Positions 1 through 12,851 of a DNA stretch of 64,000 nucleotides are shown in pieces. The notes beneath the pieces were generated by a model that had not been told where the DNA came from, did no database searches, and worked only from the letters and a program-made list of their open reading frames with translations. Location of the stretch: NCBI GenBank assembly GCA_964035545.1, contig OZ037767.1, positions 16,735,581-16,799,580 on the forward strand. The letters are read 5' to 3'. The stretch's first letter is position 1; the number at the start of each line of letters is the position of its first letter. Position numbers and translations under genes: made by a program. This DNA is from Bugula neritina. Its lineage: Eukaryota; Animalia; Bryozoa.

Positions 1-1155
1 CGAACTCGGTGCTGCTTCAAGCAGTTTTTTTATCTCTATTGCGCGCGTCGCTGCTGAGTAATGACTAATGAGTATTGCAATACTGTTACTTCATTTTAGT
101 TTAATTTTTTAATGAAAGTGTTGCCTATGTAAATTTGTTCTTTATTTTACAAAAAATCCATCTAAAGATTAAATAACAAAAAAATTGAATATAATTATCA
201 AAATCGAACCAATTATTGCGGCACATTGTAGAGTTATCTTTTCTTCCCAAAATCTCCTATATGCTTTAGACTTTAGAGTATAGTAGCAGTAATAACAATG
301 ATTTTCAAATTAGTGAATTTCATGAATATTTAATACAATATTTTGATGAATCAATGTATCTATAGAGCAATGATTCTCACAAGGAAGCCATAGCTGCCAA
401 ATGTGAAGTAGAGGACAGTATCTATTAAATATAAAAAGCCTAGGCAGAGTGTCACTTGACAGTTTCATTTATTTTTATATACGCTTAGAAAAATATATAC
501 CTATACGGGCTATATACAAAATATGCTCAACTATAATATATAGTATATGGCTGATTTATTAAACTGCATGTATCAGAATAACTGTTTTTATTTGTAATAT
601 GGTAAGTAATCAGTATTCACCATCACATTAATGTTGGCATAGCCTAGTATATGAAATGACCATATTTTATGCAACGAGCAAAAAGTAAATGGCAAGTTTG
701 TGAAAAAAGTTTTGTCTTAAATGTGACTGCTGCATTATTTAATAATAGGCTGTCTAGTGGGCTGTTTGTGTTAATGAAGATGCAATTTCTTCAGGGGAGA
801 CTACACACTCTCTAGCTAGTGCTTTTTCACCAACATCAAAATAGTTAATCATGATTATTCATTTTGAATATTACATTATATACATACACACACATAGATG
901 TTTTTTATATTATTCTAACTTGACTGCGAATCTAAAATTGTTTAATAAATATATTGTAAATTCACCAATTAAAAACAGCTTAGTAGTATGTTTTAAGAAA
1001 TATCAAATGATATTAAAGTATATACAGGTATACAGTATACAGGTATACAGTGCACAAGTATAACAAGTATAACACACAAGTATTATTTGTTAAAGTGATG
1101 TTAGATGTTACATGAATATTATGACTAATAGCTGACCATCTCTACACTAAAATCC

Positions 1156-4100
1156 TTATCCAGTAGTAACCAACTGACTGGGAGAATCTCCAGAACTTGT
1201 AGCCTTGGTTCTCCTATCAATTACAGAAGTGTATGTAGTTTGTAGTCTGAGATCAGAACCTAACTGTTCATTAACATTACGGGACGGTGTGCTTGCCCCT
1301 CTCACTGGCTGAATTAAAGCTGACACTTTTTCATGAAGAATACTAGACTCGCCAGTTTTAAGAACTTCAGCTAAATCATAGAATCGGTGGTTATATTCCG
1401 TGAGTTTCCTTTTCAGATCTTCAAGACTACGTGACTGTTCTTCGATAAGATCTCCCTGAGCAAGAAATTGAGGAGACAACTTTGAGCAGGCAAGATAACT
1501 CCAAAAAGAAAGAATGAATTTTAAAAAAATGCAGCAGAGGAAAAGTTTGTGGCAATAGGATGGAAACGAATATTTCAGAATATTTAGAGGTTAGAGAAAA
1601 CTGAATTGAAAATTAGAATCTCACCTGTTTAGTTATGATACGTTCACACTCAGTTACTCTGTCACTCAGAGCATCAGTATGACTGTCAGTACGACTGCGA
1701 GAGTGACTGTCAGTTACAGAGTTACTAGTAGAAGGTGTAGAATGGTCAAATAAAACAAACTTTCTTCTGGAACATTCCACTGCGGGAGACGTTTTCCTTC
1801 TCTTCAGAGCAGATCCAAAGAGTGGAGACATGCTTATTCTTTTTCTAGCTAAAAGGAGTGTATACAGAGGGGTAATTTAGCTAGCTGAAAGGAGTGTATA
1901 CAGAGGGGTAATTATCTAGCTGACATGGAACAAAGGAGTGTATACAGTGAGTGGGACAATTTATCCCTAACTCAGTTTAATATCCATAGCAACAGAGAGA
2001 ACACTGCAGTGGAGTGCAGCAGTAAATTGACAAGTTCTATTGATCAGATATAAGCTCAATGTATTGTCCAGCTCATGATTTCCAGAATTATCTGCTTGTG
2101 TAAGGTTCAAACCTTTATATGTAATACTCACAGAGTCCTGCTTTTAAATAAGAGCGGACACAGTCACATAACCAACAGTCACACACAATGTACAGTACCT
2201 CCACACATAGACTACACACAATGTACAGTACCTCCACACATAGACTACACACAATGTACAGTAGTTACCTCCACACATAGACTACACACAATGTACAGTA
2301 CCTCCACACATAGACTACACACAATGTACAGTAGATACCTCCACACATAGACTACACACAATGTACAGTACCTCCACACATAGACTACACACAAGGTACA
2401 GTAGTTACCTCCACACATAGACTACACACAAGGTACAGTAGTTACCTCCACACATAGACTACACACAAGGTACAGTAGTTACCTCCACACATAGACTACA
2501 CACAAGGTACAGTAGTTACCTCCACACATAGACTACACACAATGTACAGTAGTTACCTCCACACATAGACTACACACAATGTACAGTACCTCCACACATA
2601 GACTACACACAATGTACAGTAGTTACCTCCACACATAGACTACACACAATGTACAGTAGATACCTCCACACATAGACTACACACAATGTACAGTACCTCC
2701 ACACATAGACTACACACAATGTACAGTACCTCCACACATAGACTACACACAATGTACAGTACCTCCACACATAGACTACACACAATGTACAGTACCTCCA
2801 CACATAGACTACACACAATGTACAGTACCTCCACACATAGACTACACACAATGTACAGTAGTTACCTCCACATATAGACTACACACAATGTACAGTAGAT
2901 ACCTACACACATAGACTACACACAATGTACAGTACCTCCACACATAGACTACACACAATGTACAGTAGTTACCTCCACACATAGACTACACACAATGTAC
3001 AGTACCTCCACACATAGACTACACACAATGTACAGTAGTTACCTCCACACATAGACTACACACAATGTACAGTACCTCCACACATAGACTACACACAATG
3101 TACAGTAGATACCTCCACACAGACTACACACAATGTACAGTAGTTACCTCCACACATAGACTACACACAATGTACAGTAGTTACCTCCACACATAGACTG
3201 AGAGCTTAGTTCAGGTTCGGGAATGTCTACAGTCACTCCACCTGGTAGTACAGCCACCCGGTCTTTCAGCAGCTCCTGGTTAGACACGTATTACTATATT
3301 ACTACTATATTATATTATTATGATACTAAAAAAATATATTATACTGTTATATTATATTATGCTATATTGTTGTATTACACTATATTACACTATACTACAC
3401 TATACTATTATATTATATTAATATATTGTTGTATAATACTATATTACTATAGTATTATAATATATTGCCACGTCATTGTGCAATATTAATATATTAATGC
3501 CATATTATTATATTGCTATATAATGAGACAATTTAATATATAATAAAAAACAAATATTATAACATTCAATTCAATCTCACCAGTTTAAGTGTTGGCAATA
3601 TTTTCTCTTCAAAGTGCTCCATAGCCATTGAAGAAATGTCCCTCAGTTCCATGAGCACCTCGTGAGAGCGGGGTGGCTCTTTTATAGTCCGTACCATCCT
3701 CAATACTCTCATTAGTTCATCTAGAACCTGTAAACATACACAATAGGCATAGAGTTTATTATAAAATATACAGACACGCCATGTACTATCTCATTATATT
3801 ATTATTACACTAAAACGCACATTCTGTTGATTAGACATACCAAAACACATATTCTGTTGAATAGACACACCAAAACACATGTGCTGTTGAATAGACGCAC
3901 CAAAACACATGTGCTGTTGAATAGACGCACCAAAACACATGTGCTGTTGAATAGACGCACCAAAACACATGTGCTGTTGAATAGACGCACCAAAACACAT
4001 ATTATGTTGAATAGACACACCAAAACACATATTATGTTGAATAGATACACCAAAACACATATTATGTTGAATAGACACACCAAAACACGTATTCTGACTT

Positions 4101-4549
4101 ACTTTGCCAGGTATGAAGCAGCAGTAGCCAGTCTCGATGTACTTGGCGTACGTAATCTGCAGAAGTGACATCCGGGTTTCTATGGCCGACAGGATGTCCG
4201 CGTGTCTGCAGTACGCATGATCCCGTCTCTCCGACTCGCGACGGGGCAACTTCTTCTTAATCTCTCTCTGAACAACCGTGTAAAAGTTCTCGGCTTGAGT
4301 GAAACCATAGTTTAAGGAAGCCATGCTTAGCTCATTCAACGATTTGGAAACCTGGAAAAAGTTGATAAGAATTCTGTAGAGCTGTAAAAAGCAACTTTGA
4401 CTACTACAGAAAATAGTTCAACTGTTGGCATTTCAATTACTCACCCTTCTCAGTGCGGATACTTCCTCAAAGGACAAGAAAGAGATAACCTTTAGTTTGA
4501 GTTCTTGAGGCAAGTCTAAAAAGCTGAAGGTCGTCTGCTGCTCGCCCAT
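1156..4549 (-). CDS. FBXO28: F-box only protein 28 (6 coding exons)
   Basis: Exons 4445-4549, 4103-4351, 3581-3727, 3185-3275, 1625-1848 and 1156-1455, all GT-AG with consistent phase. F-box (LDLPQELKLKVISFLSFEEVSALRRVSK) followed by LPRRESERRDHAYCRHADILSAIETRMSLL...CCFIPGKVLDE...ELRDISSMAMEHFEEKI, the diagnostic FBXO28 core. Confidence 0.93.
2181..3198 (-). repeat. 33/37-bp tandem array, ~29 copies, containing the FBXO28 exon-4 end plus donor
   Basis: Unit on minus strand: TCTATGTGTGGAG|GT(AACT)ACTGTACATTGTGTGTAG. The first copy overlaps the real junction at 3185/3184. Confidence 0.95.
3812..4096. repeat. 30-bp tandem array starting just inside the FBXO28 intron-2 donor
   Basis: caaaacacatgtgctgttgaatagacgcac, ~9 copies. 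Confidence 0.95.
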
Positions 4550-6027
4550 TTTTATTACCAAAATCTACAAAACAACACTACTGTAATAGGCTGCCAAAAT
4601 CATGAAATACAACTGTCAAATCTCATTTCTTGTTTATAAAACAAAAAATAAATCTGTAATTTTTTTCTTTTATCATTATGGTGATAGGGTAACACTAAGT
4701 GTGGCAACTTTTCTGTTGTCAATTCAATCCTAAGGCTAATCACTTAATAAATGACAGACATACATTTATAAAGTTTTCATTTTAAGCTGTCGTCTGAGCT
4801 AGTATCAGTACCAGTATGAATATAATTATAAACTTGAAGTGTATCAATATGAATATGAATATGAATATCATTATCAACACATATCAATTATCATAACTCA
4901 CAAGTTTAAGAGTATCCGCAGGACTAAGAGTAAAAGTAAGCCATATTGAAAGAAATATTGATATGAATATCATTATGATTATTCACTTCAAGAGCAATTT
5001 GAAGTTTTATTAAGATTACTACTAACAGTAACAGTAACACTATCAGTATCAGTATTACTATTACTATAGAGTATAGTAATTTACTAACTCTAAGTTAAAG
5101 TAATCAGTAATGGCTAAGAGTAACTCTAATGAGTAATGACTAATCCCAATGTCTAAAATGTCTAAGACGGATTGATAAGCATAATGTTAATATTACTATG
5201 TTATTTTCATTTTGGAATATCCCAATTTACTTGGAATTTTTGAGTAAATTTATACAATGATAGAATTGTGATATTATGAAGGACGTCAGTGCATAACGCT
5301 CTGCAAGGAATACACGACAGTATTTCTATGAATATTGAGATTAGAGGTTCGGGTTTCGTTATAGAAACTAGATTGCAAGTGGACCATGATATTTCCCAAA
5401 AGTACTCGCGCTACAGCATGTTGCGTAATAATAACTCTCGAAGAACTCTATGCATTTCGATGCAAATTTCATGACAAAGATAATTCCGAAGTGACTTTGC
5501 ATAATGGTGAGCAGTGCTATTTTGTATAGATGGGGCATCATATTTTTATTATATTACAGTTATGTTTATTATGTAGTTTCAAAATTGCCATCAAGCTGAA
5601 AATAATAATGTGTAGCTTTGTCAAACAGCTGATTAGTACTATATAGGTCAAGTCTGTGACGTCACGCATCATAATAAAGACAGCTGCATTAATACTTTAA
5701 TATAATCTACTGACTAGCACTAAATCTCTAACTAAACAGTAACTTTTCAGTAATTTCTAGATTGTAATTCAGCATTTAAACCTGTTTATATAAACTAACA
5801 TAACCGAAATTAGGCTATAAAACTCTAGTTAGCAACTAACCGTAAATTGGCGAAGTCAAACTCAAATGGTTCGCATTGTGATTGTCACTGTCGCTGTGAT
5901 TGCCACTTTGAGTTTGTGATTGTCATTGTGAGTGTGACTATTTTTACTTCTGTTCATCACTAATAAAACTATAATTTATGGTTTGTTTTCTGACTCAGAG
6001 CAAACCATAATTTTCTCCTAAGCAAGT

Positions 6028-9000
6028 CTGGCATCCAGTTCAGAGTCTGAACGTGGAGGTAATTCTCCTCCACCCTGTAAGAGAAGGAGATTTTTTGGTA
6101 GCACTAGCAGTACTGGTTCTAGTTTGACAACACTGACTAGTCCTCCTGGCGCAGCTGCTACTTGTTCAAAACATATAAAAGAAATGCACGAGGGAAATCC
6201 AAATGGGTCAAGTTCAAGCTGTGAAAATCAAAATGGAGACTCAGAAAATGAAATTTCTTCCAAAGGAGACTCTAGCTTAGTAAGGTCAAAATGTGTAAAG
6301 ATGGGTGCCTTTCCTCTGACACACAAAGACAAGGACATAATAAGACTGATTGGACAGTATTTAAAAAACACTGGCTTTGAGTAAGTTTGAAAAATATTAT
6401 GCCTTTTGCCTATGTCTTGCACAATAATAGTAAAATGATTTCAGCTGTGTTTTTATAGAATTTAGAGTTTTCTTCAGGCTTATGTGCTCACAATTTTTTT
6501 AATAGTCGAGTTTTTGGTTGATTTCTATTTATTAATTATTGATGAAATATTCTTCTTATCAGTTATTAATATATGTGTAAGTATAACTCAACTAATGACT
6601 TCATTTGTGAGAGTTACTACTTTGCCTAGTTTAAAGTTGTTGATGAAGTAGGACACTGCAGTTACTGATGTTTAATTGCAGGCAAACAGCGGATAAGCTG
6701 GTGGATGAATCTGGTTTGTATCTCGAGCACCCAGTAGCAACTCAACTCAGATCTCATATTTTGGCTGGCAACTGGACCAAGGTAGTTTTACTTATATAAA
6801 CAACATTAACTGCTCTTACCCTTTAAAGTCTATTACTTACTGATGTAAACTTACATATTCTTTGGTGTTTAGGCTGAGGCTAGTTTGGCAGAACTACACA
6901 AACTCCTTTCATCTGATGAGTCAATGATGAAGGTACGTGTTGGTACTATGATTTGTTACTAAATCGCTGAGTGTTTCTGACACTTACGTTGAAGTGAGAC
7001 TCACACTGATATTTTGGGCTGAGAAACTCTTTGCACTCATGTCAAGTGAGAAGTCATTTACGCAGGTAGAACTCACAGTGATACTGAGTGATAAGGTAGC
7101 AACTCATAGTGATACTGAGTGATAAGGTAGCAACTCATAGTGATACTGAGTGATAAGTTAGCAACTCATAGTGATACTGAGTGATAAGTTAGCAACTCAT
7201 AGTGGTACTGAGTGGTGATCTTGAATTAAAAGTGATGCTGATATTTTAAAGTTCTTACTTTTGATTGGAAATTATTTAACTTTTTGTAGGAGATGAAATT
7301 TAGTGTACTAAAACAGAAGTATTTAGAGATGGTAGAAGACGGTAGATTAATAGAGGCGATACATTGTCTCAGATATGAACTGACCCCTCTCAAGTTCAAC
7401 ACCGGCCAAGTACACAAACTCAGCACGTGAGTATTTATATTCATTGCATACTCGTTATTGCAAGACTCGGCTAGTTTTAAATTATTATTGTGTTCCTTAT
7501 GTAATTTATTAAACCATATTGAAAAGCATTACTCTTCTAAGTTTTCTCAGCTTGAGATTTAGTCATAGTACTGAGTCAGTTTTCTTTGTTAGATACGTAA
7601 TGTATGACAGCTTAGATGAGTTGAAAGAGATGGCAAACTGGGCTGGCAAAGGCTATGCATCACGGCAGAGTTTAATGGAGCATTTACAGAGTAAGTCTTT
7701 TCTACCAACTCATTCACTCTGCTAACTCATTCACTCTACTAACTCATTCACTATACTAACTCATTTACTCTACTAACTCATTCACTCTACTCACTCATTC
7801 ACTCTACTAACTCATTCACTCTTCTAACTTATTCACTCTACTAACTCATTCACTCTACTAACTCATTCACTCTACCAACTCATTCACTCTACTCACTCAT
7901 TTACTCTACTAACTTATTCACTCTACTAATTCATTTACTCTACTAACTCATTCACTCTACTAACTCATTCACTCTCTCATTCATTCACTCTACTAACTCA
8001 TTCACTCTACTCACTCATTCACTCTACTCACTCATTCACTCTACTAACTCATTCACTCTACTAACTCATTCACTCTACTCACTCATTCACTCTACTAACT
8101 CATTCACTCTACCAACTCATTCACCCTACTAACCAATTCACTTTACTAACTCATTCATTCTACTAACTCTTTCACTTTAATAACTATCTAATACTCACTT
8201 ATTATCTTTTGTAGCGTTTTTGCCGATTCACATTGTGTTGCCCCCAAAGCGTCTGGACAAGTTGCTAGACCAAGCTGTGAGTCATCAGATCCACCAATGT
8301 AAATACCACAACAGATCTCTCTCTCCTCATTTATACGATGACTTTTCTCTCCTCACTGATCACATCTGTGCTAAGTAAGTAGTCTATGTGCTAAGTAAGT
8401 AGAGTCCTTGTTAAGTAAGTAACACCTGCAATATACTTACTTGTATTAACTTGTGTGATGTAAATCCATAGTGAAGTCGTGCACGCGAGTATTTTCTTTA
8501 AAGACTGATTAACTCTGTCTAAACAGCAGATGAATAGCAGATGAACTGATCAACAAATTATGTAGTAATACAGCAAACTGACCTAACTGACAAGTTTAGT
8601 ATTTTAACCATTAGACAGTTACTTGTTATGAACAGTGCTATGAATTCTTTGAGGTGACTGTATACTGTACAATGTTATAATGACACGTGACTTCTGCCTT
8701 TAGAGACAGCTTCCCTTCCCGCTGCACACATATATTAACTCAACATGGCGACCAGGTCTGGTTCTGCAGATTCTCTCCAGACGGGTCTCTCCTAGCAACA
8801 GGTAAACAAGTTTCACTTCTATCTTAGCAACAGGTAAACAAGTTTCACTTCTATCTTAGCAACAGGTAAACAAGTTTCGCTGCATCCTCACAGTCTCCTA
8901 GCAATATGTAAACAAGTTTAGCAAACAAAGGATTTGAATGTTTGCTATATGATGATTTTTAGTTACATAGGAGAGGAAAAACAACTCCTAAAACAAAGAA

Positions 9001-12000
9001 ATGGATTTGCTCATGTGTGATGTAACTATTTCATTAATTTTTGCTATTATCACTGATATGTTGTTATATTATGATTATTATACGTAAAGTTGTTGGCCCT
9101 CTAAGACATGACAGTATTACACTGTTTGTCCGACAGGTTCTAAGGACGGGATGATATACGTCTGGTCTATAGATCAGCACACCTATGAGTTCAGTATAAA
9201 GTACAGTCTAGAGGGACACACGTACGGCGTGGCCCACCTAGCCTGGTCTCCTGACAGCAAGCACATCGTAGCCTGTGGTCCAGACGAGTGTGGGGATGTC
9301 TGGATATGGGACATAGAGGTGTGGGCTCCTCAAAACTATCTTCCCATGTTTTAAAGATCTTGTTAGCTAGGGTGTTAGCCGAGTGCTGTTACAAACTACT
9401 TACCCTGATTGCACGTTACATGTTACTCGCCTTCACTGTAAGTACAATTGTACTTACACCGATTGTAAGTCACATACTGTACGTCTGTTTAATAATCTAG
9501 ACGGGAGAATTGAAGGTCCGAATGAGTCATTCAACAGACGACAGTCTGACTAGCGTTTCCTTCCACAAAGATGCACGGAGATTTGTTACGGGAGGAACTA
9601 GAGGTCAATTTTATCACTGTGTAAGTATCGGTGTAGAATGTGTAAGTATAGACATACAGCGTGTAAGTATAGACATACAGTGTGTAAGTATAGACATACA
9701 CTGTGTAAGTATAGACATACACTGTGTAAGTATAGACATACACTGTGTAAATATAGACATGCAGTGTGTAAGTATAGACATACACTGTGTAAATATAGAC
9801 ATACAGTGTGTAAGTATAGACATACACTGTGTAAGTATCGGTGTAGAATGTGTAAGTATAGACATACAGCGTGTAAGTATAGACATACAGTGTGTAAGTA
9901 TAGACATACACTGTGTAAGTATAGACATACACTGTGTAAGTATAGACATACACTGTGTAAATATAGACATGCAGTGTGTAAGTATAGACATACACTGTGT
10001 AAGTATAGACATACACTGTGTAAATATAGACATGCAGTGTGTAAGTATAGACATACACTGTGTAAGTATGCTGTCTCCTACTGCATAATTTTGATGAAAA
10101 TGGGGGTTTCACTTCATTTACTCTCTCATGTACAACCATAACGAAAGTGGACAACTCCTAAATCATTTCATATTCGGTTTTATTTGAAATTTCTAAAAAC
10201 TTTTGCTGCGTTTATGATTGATTTCCTTTTTGTGTTATTAGTATATATTAAATATTTATTATCTTATTGAGTTATTTTAGAACAGTTTTGAGGATGTAAT
10301 AATGAGAAATTATCTGCTCATGCCCATGTTGACAGGATCTGGAAGGTAACGTGTTGGACTCATGGGAAGGGATCAGAGTTCACTGCGTCGGCTGCCTCAA
10401 TGATAACAAAACAGTCCTGGCTGCTGACTCTCACTTTAGACTTCGTTCTTACAACTTTGAGGATCTGAGTGACCAGCACTTGTGAGTACTACTCGGTACA
10501 GTCACTAGTACTACTCAGTACTGTCACTAGTACTACTCGGTACTGTCACTAGTGCTACTCAGTACTGTCACTAGTGCTACTCGGTACTGTCACTAGTGCT
10601 ACTCGGTACTGTCACTAGTACTACTCAGTACTGTCACTAGTACTACTCGGTACTGTCACTAGTGCTACTCAGTACTGTCACTAGTACTACTCAGTACTGT
10701 CACTAGTGCTACTCAGTGCTATCACTAGTACTACTACTACTACTAGTACTACTACTACTATTACTACTGCTACTACTACTGCTACTACTACTAATACTAC
10801 TACTACTACTACTAATACTACTACTACTATTACTACTGCTACTACTACTACTAATACTACTACTACTAGTAATACTACTAGTACGACTATTACTAATGAT
10901 CCTGACTATACTAATAAATATGTTGAGTACAACCTCTACTACGTAGTATTAATTATTATATCATATTCTGCCAGCACTCTTATCTCGACTGTGCTATTGT
11001 AGATTACAGGAAAGTCACTCTATTGTCTCGTTTACCATCAGTGAAGATGGCCGGCTGGTGTTACTCAACATTGACTCAGAGGTTGGTCTATGTTTCTGTA
11101 TTACGTAATTTCTAGCATGACCTAGCAGAATGTTCTCGTGAGATAACTCTGAAATTACACTAATCGTTTCATGATTCTTCAGTATTTATTGTTGAATCGT
11201 CTAAAGATGATGAGATGAAGTTTATATGATCTGTGCAGGCATATCATTTCAACAAATATTTTACTATTAAATTTCAGACTATCTTTTTGCCTAAACTATA
11301 AAAAGATGAAATTTTTCGATATTATATTTAATACATAATCTAATAATATAGCATGAATAACTTGATTTCCAGGGACATTTAGGAAAGAATGCATAAACAA
11401 TTTCAGTCATCACTTGTCATGTGTATGTATCATAGTTCAAGACACACGTTCTAATTATAGCACATTACATAAGATAGCGCTGTCTCTTTCAAGGGTATCC
11501 ACATCTGGGATCTGGAGAACAACTGCATGGTACGAAAGCTGCACGGCCTGAAGCAAGGATACTATGCAATACACTCTAGTTTTGGAGGTGTGAATCAGGA
11601 CTTTGTAGCTAGCGGCAGCGAAGGTCAGTTAAAATTCACTTATTAAGTTGTTATCAGCAACAGTTTATAGAGTCGCTCTTGATAATATTGTTTCAACTGT
11701 ACACTGTGTAATATACTGTGTAGCATATTGTGTTACAGATAACAAGGTGTACATATGGCACATTGAGAAAGAGAGCCCCATTTGTGCTCTGGAAGGACAC
11801 ACTCAGACAGTCAATTGTGTTCACTGGAACCCGGCTAATCCGTCAATGATAGCTAGTGTTTCCGACGACTCTACAATCAGAATATGGGGGCCTGCCATGC
11901 CCGCCACCGATAGTCCATCTACCAGTCGGTCACCGTATACCTCAAGATTACCACAAGGTAGATAGATTGTGTTTGAGGATTTAATATCCAGTACTTATGT

Positions 12001-12087
12001 TAGTTACTATTCGTCTAGTTCATGTCGCATGTGTTCACAGGTGGTGACTCATTTGCCAACCTCTCAGGGAGATGTACGCCAGTTTGA
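6028..12087 (+). CDS. WDR26: WD repeat-containing protein 26 (CTLH/GID E3 subunit; LisH-CTLH-WD40), 14 coding exons; start placed at CTG 6028, first in-frame ATG 6184
   Basis: Exons approx. 6028-6380, 6682-6781, 6873-6932, 7290-7426, 7593-7690, 8215-8374, 8704-8801, 9137-9319, 9501-9620, 10336-10481, 11003-11081, 11494-11623, 11739-11958, 12041-12087. LisH ([15 protein letters not shown]), [51 protein letters not shown]...[13 protein letters not shown]. Confidence 0.93.
7066..7215. repeat. 31-bp tandem array (WDR26 intron)
   Basis: gtagcaactcatagtgatactgagtgataag, ~5 copies. Confidence 0.9.
7701..8178 (+). repeat. 17-bp tandem array containing TACTAAC, filling a WDR26 intron
   Basis: ctctactaactcattca, ~28 copies, between donor 7691 and acceptor 8214. 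Confidence 0.95.
8793..8919 (+). repeat. 32-bp junction duplication (exon end plus donor), 3 copies and 1 partial
   Basis: tagcaacag|gtaaacaagtttcacttctatct; the real junction is 8801/8802. Confidence 0.9.
9615..10069 (+). repeat. 21-bp tandem array of the WDR26 donor site, ~22 copies
   Basis: cactgt|gtaagtatagacata; the real junction is 9620/9621. Confidence 0.95.
10485..10895. repeat. 22-bp array starting at the WDR26 donor and grading into an (ACT)n microsatellite
   Basis: agtactactcagtactgtcact, ~11 copies, then tactac repeats. Confidence 0.9.
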
Positions 12088-12851
12088 GTCGGTCTACAGG
12101 TCGAGACGTCTTCTGGAGTCATGTGATCTCCCCGTTTTCTTTGTACCTCAGTCTTAGTGGATCTGACCAATAGGCTGTCAGCTTGCCGGAGTTTTCGTGA
12201 CTCGCTTCTTGGACCTCTTTTATGCTGAGCCAATCACATATGGCAAATTATTCAGCTGAAATTTTGTAGGCAAAACCAATAGGCAGTTTATGATTTTTGC
12301 TAATGACCTTGCGGGTCTGGCTACGAAGCATAGGGCGTATAAAATTAATAAATTTATGCAATTTCTTACTTGAAAAATATTTCTTACTTTAAAAAAATCA
12401 TTATTTCTATTTTTGTGCTAATCAAATTCATACGACTTATTATGTTCATGCAATGACAAGTTAGTCATGTTGAAATTAGTTTTGTAGGTTACGGACGTTC
12501 TGCCTTCTATGTTAATTCAGTCGCTTAATTTAAATAAATTTTCAATGAAAATATCACAATGTTATAATTATGTTGCATTCGTAGTATTTCATGGGGAATT
12601 AAATGCTTTTTCGTCATCAAACTATGTTTATTAAAAATATTTAGGGAAAAATATAACTATAAATGTGTCATTTGATTCAATGTGTACAAGAAATTGTGCA
12701 TATAAATATAATATAATGAAGTGCACATGAACCAAAAACATGAGTGTCTGAGGAATAATATGAAGGTTACTAAGAGCAGGAGAGGTACACATGGATTGCA
12801 ATACGACAAGTGAAGGTATGTTTTTAAGACAGATCTGTTTTTGAGTGTTCT

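Noticed and set aside
10-31. Hairpin plus T-run (ctgcttcaagcagttttttt) resembling an intrinsic terminator or Pol III end
   Set aside because: Eukaryotic context, only a 5-bp stem, and truncated at the window edge; no supporting gene is visible.
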